From a candidate division FCPU426 bacterium (lineage in GTDB: Bacteria > Oederibacteriota > JAAXVQ01 > JAUVAV01), in NCBI GenBank assembly GCA_030637655.1, contig DAOWGI010000009.1:1-32139 (forward strand): a stretch of DNA of 32,139 nucleotides. Reading direction: 5' to 3'. Numbering within the stretch: position 1 is the first letter of the stretch; every line of letters begins with the position of its first letter. The position numbers were made by a program, and so were the translations under genes. Positions 26,975-32,139 of this stretch are shown here, one piece after another. The notes below the pieces were generated by a model, which did no database searches, had not been told where the DNA came from, and was given only the letters and a program-made list of their open reading frames with translations.

Positions 26975-27661
26975 ATGATGACATTAGCCATAGAAATTAA
27001 AGCAGTGAAAAAAGAATATGAATTGGGTAAAACCAAAGTGCCGGCCTTAAGAGGGGTTGATTTAGAGATTAAAGCCGGAGAATTTTTATCCATTGTCGGA
27101 CCTTCCGGTTCAGGTAAAACCACGCTGCTAAATTTGATTGGTTGTCTGGATGAGCCCACTTCAGGATCAGTCACGTTATTTGGCAACCAGGATATTTCGC
27201 ACTTGCAGGACAGCGTTGCCACAAAATTACGGCGGGATTCAATTGGTTTTATCTTTCAAACTTTTAATTTAATACCGGTTTTAAATGTTTTTGAAAATAT
27301 CGAGTTTCCTTTAATTATTCAAGGAGTGGAAAAGTCGGAAAGGAAAAAACGTATCGATCAAATTATCCAGGAAGTTAGTTTGGAAGAGTTTGTAGCCCAT
27401 AAACCGGATGAATTATCAGGCGGACAAAGGCAGCGGATTGCGGTGGCTAGAGCTTTGATTACCAACCCAAAACTTGTTCTGGCTGACGAACCAACAGCGA
27501 ATTTAGATAAAAAAACCGGTTTGAATATTTTGAATATGATGAAAGAAATGAATCGAACGCATAAAACAACTTTTGTTTTTTCGACCCATGATCCGAAAGT
27601 TATGCAACTGGCTCGTCGCGTAGTCGTGCTGGAAGATGGTGAAATTAGTTCAGACTCATAA
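26975..27661 (+). CDS. ABC transporter ATP-binding protein, LolD-like
   Basis: AAGGAGG RBS; GPSGSGKTT, LSGGQRQR, LADEPTANLD, STHD. Confidence 0.95.
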   Translation: MMTLAIEIKAVKKEYELGKTKVPALRGVDLEIKAGEFLSIVGPSGSGKTTLLNLIGCLDEPTSGSVTLFGNQDISHLQDSVATKLRRDSIGFIFQTFNLIPVLNVFENIEFPLIIQGVEKSERKKRIDQIIQEVSLEEFVAHKPDELSGGQRQRIAVARALITNPKLVLADEPTANLDKKTGLNILNMMKEMNRTHKTTFVFSTHDPKVMQLARRVVVLEDGEISSDS

Positions 27662-27677
27662 AATGAAGGTGCTTAAA

Positions 27678-27902
27678 ATGGATTTTTTAGCTTTATTGGT
27701 TTTTATTGTTGTTCAAATCATATTTATTCCACTGGCCATGGTTGGCTTTATTCTTGTTGCTTATAAGCAGATGTATGTTAGTAAAAAGCCGGGAGTTTCA
27801 GCTTCGGCCGGCGAAGTAATAAACGGCAGGTGGACAATGGATGTTTTCGGCTTACAAAAGGATTCCGTTTTTTCAAGACCTCAGTTCAAGGGAAAACTAT
27901 AA
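27678..27902 (+). pseudogene. Probable truncated gene; resembles the N-terminus of membrane-anchored class I SAM-dependent methyltransferases
   Basis: GAAGGTG RBS; MDFLALLVFIVVQIIFIPLAMVG..YKQMYVSKKPGVS..EVINGRWTM, then the frame runs into the 3' end of the convergent gene. Family recalled from memory. Confidence 0.4.
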
Positions 27903-28885
27903 ACCAGGTAATATTTTTTGAAATCATTGCCAATGCGGTAGGTATCACAAACAACATTATTATTTTTATTAATATGCAGGAAGGAATAAGTGCTGCGAGT
28001 AGTTGTCTCGCCACTGCCTTTGGAATGAGCCAGATTAATCTGCCAGACACCCTCGATTTGCATATGACTATAACTATGAGTATGACCGCAAAAGTAAGCC
28101 AAAACACCTTGCTCTTTTAATAATTCCCAAAATCGATCACGATTAGCTGGATAAAAATTCAAGCTGTCGGTACTATGTTTTGTCCGGCCGGTTTCCATAT
28201 CCGGTTGGGGATAAGCCGGTTCATGTCCAAAAACAAATTTGAGTGGTTGCTTAGTTTGAGTCAAATCATCAACCAGCCAATTGTAAAGATTATCTGAAAT
28301 ATCACCATCACTACCGCGATCATTAGTGCCGTCAAAATATACATTTAATATCACAAAATGTGCTTGTTGGAAATCAAAAGAGTAAGTGGTTTCCTCACCA
28401 CCTGCCGGACCACTATTTACTATATTAGGCAGCGAATTCCCGCGCTTATTGAAATTTCGCAACCATTCCATTTGGGCGGAATCCAGCAACTCATGATTGC
28501 CGACTACCGGATACCAGAGATAGCTTTGACCTAAATAGGACGTGACCATTTTATAGACATAAGCCGGCGGCGTCATATCACCCAGTGTGATCATAAAAGA
28601 GCCATAGCCACACTGCGCAATCGATTCACATACACCGCGAAAATAAGTCGGATAATCTCCAGTATATTCGTGAATATCGGCAGTGAGGCAAAAACTAAAA
28701 TCATGCTCGCATTTGGAAACGACCTCACTGCTTGACGGATCCGTTGGCAGCGAATTTTGTTGACTGCACGCAACCAGAATACTGCTGAGGATGGGTATGA
28801 GCAGCAGCAGAATACTTTTAAAAAAGAATTTAGAGCTTGAGGACGTTGGAACCCGATTTGAAAAGAGGATTGGCTGTAAAAGCAT
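27881..28885 (-). CDS. Calcineurin-like metallophosphoesterase, probable lipoprotein
   Basis: ADIH, GD, GNHE, GHEP, CGHTH motifs; LVAC lipobox after a hydrophobic stretch. Confidence 0.9.
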   Translation of the reverse strand: MLLQPILFSNRVPTSSSSKFFFKSILLLLIPILSSILVACSQQNSLPTDPSSSEVVSKCEHDFSFCLTADIHEYTGDYPTYFRGVCESIAQCGYGSFMITLGDMTPPAYVYKMVTSYLGQSYLWYPVVGNHELLDSAQMEWLRNFNKRGNSLPNIVNSGPAGGEETTYSFDFQQAHFVILNVYFDGTNDRGSDGDISDNLYNWLVDDLTQTKQPLKFVFGHEPAYPQPDMETGRTKHSTDSLNFYPANRDRFWELLKEQGVLAYFCGHTHSYSHMQIEGVWQINLAHSKGSGETTTRSTYSFLHINKNNNVVCDTYRIGNDFKKYYLVYSFPLN

Positions 28886-29317
28886 TTAGAGACACTACTC
28901 CCATTCCCCCCCCTTTATTTAATTTTATACTTCAACTCATTACTGTCCGAATTATCAGCATCCCTGGCGATATTAGATTACCACTTCAATAATTAATTTG
29001 GACACATATGACTTCAACCATTGTATTATCGTCAGCATTGCGGATTTTATTAATATTTATCTTTACTAAGGGGAATTATTCCTTGAATTTTAATTAATTT
29101 TCCATGGATTTTTTGTACAACATGATGTATTAATAGATTTAAATCAGGATTATTAGCATCCCTTTTCCGAATGAAAATATTAGTAATTACTTAGATACAT
29201 AACTTGGAGAAAACACCTTTTTAAATCGAGTATGTTCAGATGCCGGTTGCCGGTCTTTACCCAAGCAATAAGGTGGGGCGAAAATCATATTAAAAAGGAC
29301 AGCATCAGAGTAAAATT

Positions 29318-30223
29318 ATGAATAAATTAAAATGGAATAATTATATCGGCCTTAGTCTGGATGTTATTTTAATTTGTTTGATTCTGAGCGTTTGCGTCAG
29401 TTTGATTCTGGGCGGCTTTACTCTCGATTTCCGCGGCGTATCGCTCTCCCTGGATCGTTTATCCAAACCTGTTTTCCATATTATGAGTTTAATATATTTA
29501 AAATACCTTATCCAGCCGGCCTTTCGGGATAAGGTGGACGGTTTTTTTATAAATTTAGTCCAGGATCTCCGGAAACAGATATGCGTATTAATACTATTAC
29601 TGCTGGTTACAGGTGGTTTGGTACTATGTTATTTTATTTTCCCTCAATATGATATATGGAATCTGGATTTGGAAAGTGGACATGCTACTGCCTTTTCCGG
29701 TTGGATTCTATTCAACCTGGTGTTTCTCGGATCAGTGATTTATCGTATGGAAAAATCTCGTACACTCAGACAATCCCGATTATGGCTGCCGATTATCATC
29801 CTCTTTTTATATCTATCATTTGATGAGGTTTTTTCCTTTCATGAATGGTTGCCGGCCCCTGCATTTATTCAAGAACTTTCAAAAAAGTATCCGGTATTCG
29901 AAAGATTTGATTGGCTCAGAATGTATATTCCGATCTTCGCGGCCGTAGGTATTTACCTTATCTATTTTATGTTCAATAAGATTTACCAATATAAGTCGGC
30001 ATTTATAGTGATGGGATTGGGAGGTTTTGTGTATGCCCTATCCATTGGCACTGAAATGATAATGATGCAATTGAATCTTCGAGAAACCAGCTTCCATGAT
30101 GTGCAGGTAGCCAGTGAAGAAGGTTTGGAAATGTTGGGGACGATTTTATTTATATCGGCTTTTCTGATTTATTTAAGACTATTGCTAAAGAAAACCGAGA
30201 ACGGTTTTAAAAAAATTAACTGA
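29318..30223 (+). CDS. Hypothetical multi-pass membrane protein with DE..HE and EE..EM.G motifs
   Basis: About 8 hydrophobic helices; LSFDEVFSFHEWL, GTEM and SEEGLEMLG. Confidence 0.75.
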   Translation: MNKLKWNNYIGLSLDVILICLILSVCVSLILGGFTLDFRGVSLSLDRLSKPVFHIMSLIYLKYLIQPAFRDKVDGFFINLVQDLRKQICVLILLLLVTGGLVLCYFIFPQYDIWNLDLESGHATAFSGWILFNLVFLGSVIYRMEKSRTLRQSRLWLPIIILFLYLSFDEVFSFHEWLPAPAFIQELSKKYPVFERFDWLRMYIPIFAAVGIYLIYFMFNKIYQYKSAFIVMGLGGFVYALSIGTEMIMMQLNLRETSFHDVQVASEEGLEMLGTILFISAFLIYLRLLLKKTENGFKKIN

Positions 30224-30300
30224 AGTTTTGCTGTTTTTCGGTCAAGCCCCTATATTTTTGCACAAAACTTTGTCTGCTAAATGAGAGCCTCTTAGTTCTG

Positions 30301-30345
30301 GGGTCGAGTAGCCTGGGGCTGTAATTCCCCCGGGCTACTCGACCC
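30301..30345. repeat. 18-bp hairpin whose 3' part resembles a group II intron domain VI end; may act as a terminator
   Basis: GGGTCGAGTAGCCTGGGG-CTGTAATTC-CCCCGGGCTACTCGACCC, one G-T pair. Confidence 0.6.
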
Positions 30346-30429
30346 TTAACCACCTTTGATTTTGATTCCCAACTTGGCAAAGGTTGGGTAAAATTAGAAC
30401 CAATGTTGATATATTGTTGGAGGTAGAGT

Positions 30430-31146
30430 ATGAGTAAAATATCTGTAAAGGGCCGAGATATAACAATAGTTTCCCAAAAAGAAGAAGATTATATCTGCAT
30501 CACGGATATAGCACGATATAAAAATGCGGACCGAACTGATGACTTAATTCGGAACTGGTTAAGAAATAGAAATACCATAGAGTTTCTCGGTATTTGGGAG
30601 CAGCTCAACAACTCGAATTTTAAACCCGTGGAATTCGACGGGTTTAAAAAACAAGCTGGATTGAATAGTTTTACATTAACGCCAAGCCAGTGGATTGAAA
30701 AAACAAAAGCCATTGGCATAACCTCAAAAGCCGGACGCTACGGTGGCACTTATGCGCATAAAGATATTGCTTTTGAGTTTGCATCGTGGATTTCGGTTGA
30801 ATTTAAGTTATATCTAATCAAAGAATTTCAGCGGCTAAAAGAATCAGAACAAAAACAGCTCGGCTGGGATATAAAAAGGAACCTGGCAAAAATTAATTAC
30901 CGTATTCATACTGATGCCATAAAGGAAAATTTGATTCCCAAGGAATTAAGTAAGCAGCAAATCAATCAGGTATATGCCTCTGAAGCGGATGTTTTAAACA
31001 TGGCTTTGTTTGGTATGACTGCAAAAGAGTGGAGGGGTCCAAATTCGGATAAAAAAGGAAATATCCGGGATTATGCCAATGAATGGAGTCAAACTGGGAT
31101 GGTCCACTCTGACCCCGATTACGTCCAGCTATTTTTGAATATATAG
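30430..31146 (+). pseudogene. KilA-N domain DNA-binding protein, C-terminally truncated and fused to IS3 sequence
   Basis: DYICITDIA, NWLRNRNTIEFLGIWE, GRYGGTYAHKDIAFEFASWIS; family-like sequence stops at GNIRDYAN (31080) and is followed by transposase-like GMVHSD. Confidence 0.8.
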
Positions 31147-31255
31147 AAATCTTTTATAATCGTAACCGAATGCACTCGACGTTGGGATACATAAGTCCCG
31201 AGGAACATGAACGACAGTGGGTTAATTAGATGTCCGTTTTTCTAGGGCAAGTCCA
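31081..31255 (+). mobile_element. IS3-family remnant: transposase C-terminus plus right terminal inverted repeat
   Basis: 31116-31229 encodes [37 protein letters not shown]; 31231-31255 TGTCCGTTTTTCTAGGGCAAGTCCA ends in CA as IS3 right ends do. Confidence 0.85.
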
Positions 31256-31299
31256 GTGTGCCCGGAATTACGCTTTAGGAAGATTTCTGCCACTTAAGA

Positions 31300-31473
31300 T
31301 TATTGGCCCAAAGCAAGGAAAATTTGGTATATCAGGATAGCTGGCCACACCAAGGCTTTTAAAATACCTAAAATCCCTCCCCAAAAACTATGAGCATGTT
31401 GTATAAAGTAAATTGCTGCCCCAATACAGCCTAAAAAATAAAATCCTCCGGATGATGCGTGCGTGGTTTTCAT
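31300..31473 (-). CDS. Small (57 aa) two-TM membrane protein, absent from the ORF track
   Basis: TAAGGAG RBS; MKTTHASSGGFYFLGCIGAAIYFIQHAHSFWGGILGILKALVWPAILIYQIFLALGQ*. Confidence 0.8.
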   Translation of the reverse strand: MKTTHASSGGFYFLGCIGAAIYFIQHAHSFWGGILGILKALVWPAILIYQIFLALGQ

Positions 31474-31644
31474 AGGTTTTCTCCTTAAAAACTATTATTA
31501 ATGTAGAAAGGTGTATGGTTATTATCCTCTGATTCAGAGATTTACTTATAAAACCAAGGAAAAGTCAAGTAGAATGGGGGAAGTCCGGTAATTAAAATAA
31601 CCAGTTAACTAAGAAGTATTTTCAATGAAAAAACACTATTCCTG

Positions 31645-31897
31645 GTGCGCCGCAGATAAGCTGTATAAATAATGATGAAGGCGGGCCCTTCGGAGCCGGT
31701 ATGCAGGTACAGGCTTCAAACCGCCTTATGCTGCTGTAGTCAAAAGCTATGGTAGTGAGCGATGAGGAAAAGTCTCAACCAAATGAGGCAGGTGTAAATA
31801 TGGGAGACGAACGTAAGTGAACCACTGCTGAACGCGTCGAGAGGTTCCCGCACCGTTCTGCGAGCGGCTTAAGGGGAAGTTCCTTTGGCCGACTCAC
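31645..31897 (+). mobile_element. Internally deleted, ORF-less group II intron (5' domain I joined to 3' half of domain V plus domain VI)
   Basis: Starts GTGCG; ends CGAGAGGTTCCCGCACCGTTCTGCGAGCGGCTTAAGGGGAAGTTCCTTTGGCCGACTCAC with an AY terminus; 253 nt. Confidence 0.85.
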
Positions 31898-31910
31898 CTC
31901 AGTCAACTTT

Positions 31911-32139
31911 TCAACTTAAGCGAAATGGTGGATATTGATCGGTAATCAAAAGAAACGCATATGCTTGTATGCGGAGGACGTATCTAAAAACATTCACAAT
32001 ATAATTAAAAAGTCCTTGAGGAAAACGGCCAGTGAATAAAATACTAAACCAAGCAATGATAACAACCACGACAACTCCGATACTTAAAAAAGCCAGCACA
32101 ATATAGTGGGGTATGGCTAAAAACCACTTAACCAATGGC
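31911..32139 (-). CDS. DUF4389 domain membrane protein, 5'-partial (C-terminus only)
   Basis: LVKWFLAIPHYIVL..AWFSILFTGRFP.GLF..R...RIQAYAFLLITDQYPPFRL; runs off the window end. Confidence 0.88.
   Translation of the reverse strand, partial: PLVKWFLAIPHYIVLAFLSIGVVVVVIIAWFSILFTGRFPQGLFNYIVNVFRYVLRIQAYAFLLITDQYPPFRLS

Noticed and set aside
29200-29285. Cyclic di-GMP-I riboswitch suggested by GCCGGTTGCCG
   Set aside because: The upstream GGCAAA..GAAA..GACGCAAAG core is absent.
31084-31110. Left inverted repeat of the IS3 element starting TGGA
   Set aside because: It matches the right end only in the first 4 nt and reads better as internal transposase sequence; no target duplication found.
1-32139. 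tRNA/rRNA genes, diversity-generating retroelement or retron
   Set aside because: No cloverleaf or rRNA-like sequence, no reverse transcriptase ORF and no adenine-specific TR/VR repeat pair were seen.

Overview
Bacterial genomic window from a diderm organism; the gene style (PT-rich linkers, FlgD-type C-terminal domains, PorV paralogues, a giant ORF) suggests an uncultured lineage such as FCPU426 or an Elusimicrobiota/Omnitrophota relative, but this is inference only. The left part (1-8.2 kb) is an envelope/secretion cluster: two convergent gene pairs, each an exported protein with a T9SS/FlgD-Ig-like C-terminal domain followed by a PorV-family beta-barrel (one fused to FlgD-like modules and OmpA), plus a TolB-like propeller. 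Next come a 2331-aa giant membrane protein with a probable EreA/ChaN/TIKI-like N-terminal domain and two tandem-repeat tracts, a REP cluster bracketed by a 22-bp direct repeat, an M23 peptidase-GATase fusion, a DEAD-box helicase with a long structured leader, a DUF4157 (eCIS-associated) protein with a Tgl-like transglutaminase C-terminus, a SIMPL protein, a five-gene Lol-like ABC/outer-membrane operon, a metallophosphoesterase, a membrane protein, a KilA-N gene truncated by an IS3 remnant, a small membrane protein missed by the ORF track and a partial DUF4389 gene. Intergenic DNA holds three group II intron-derived remnants (one a 253-nt mini-intron with both ends) and a recurrent GGGGACG motif at gene boundaries. 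No rRNA, tRNA or CRISPR array was seen. All family assignments come from motif recognition by eye, not from database searches.
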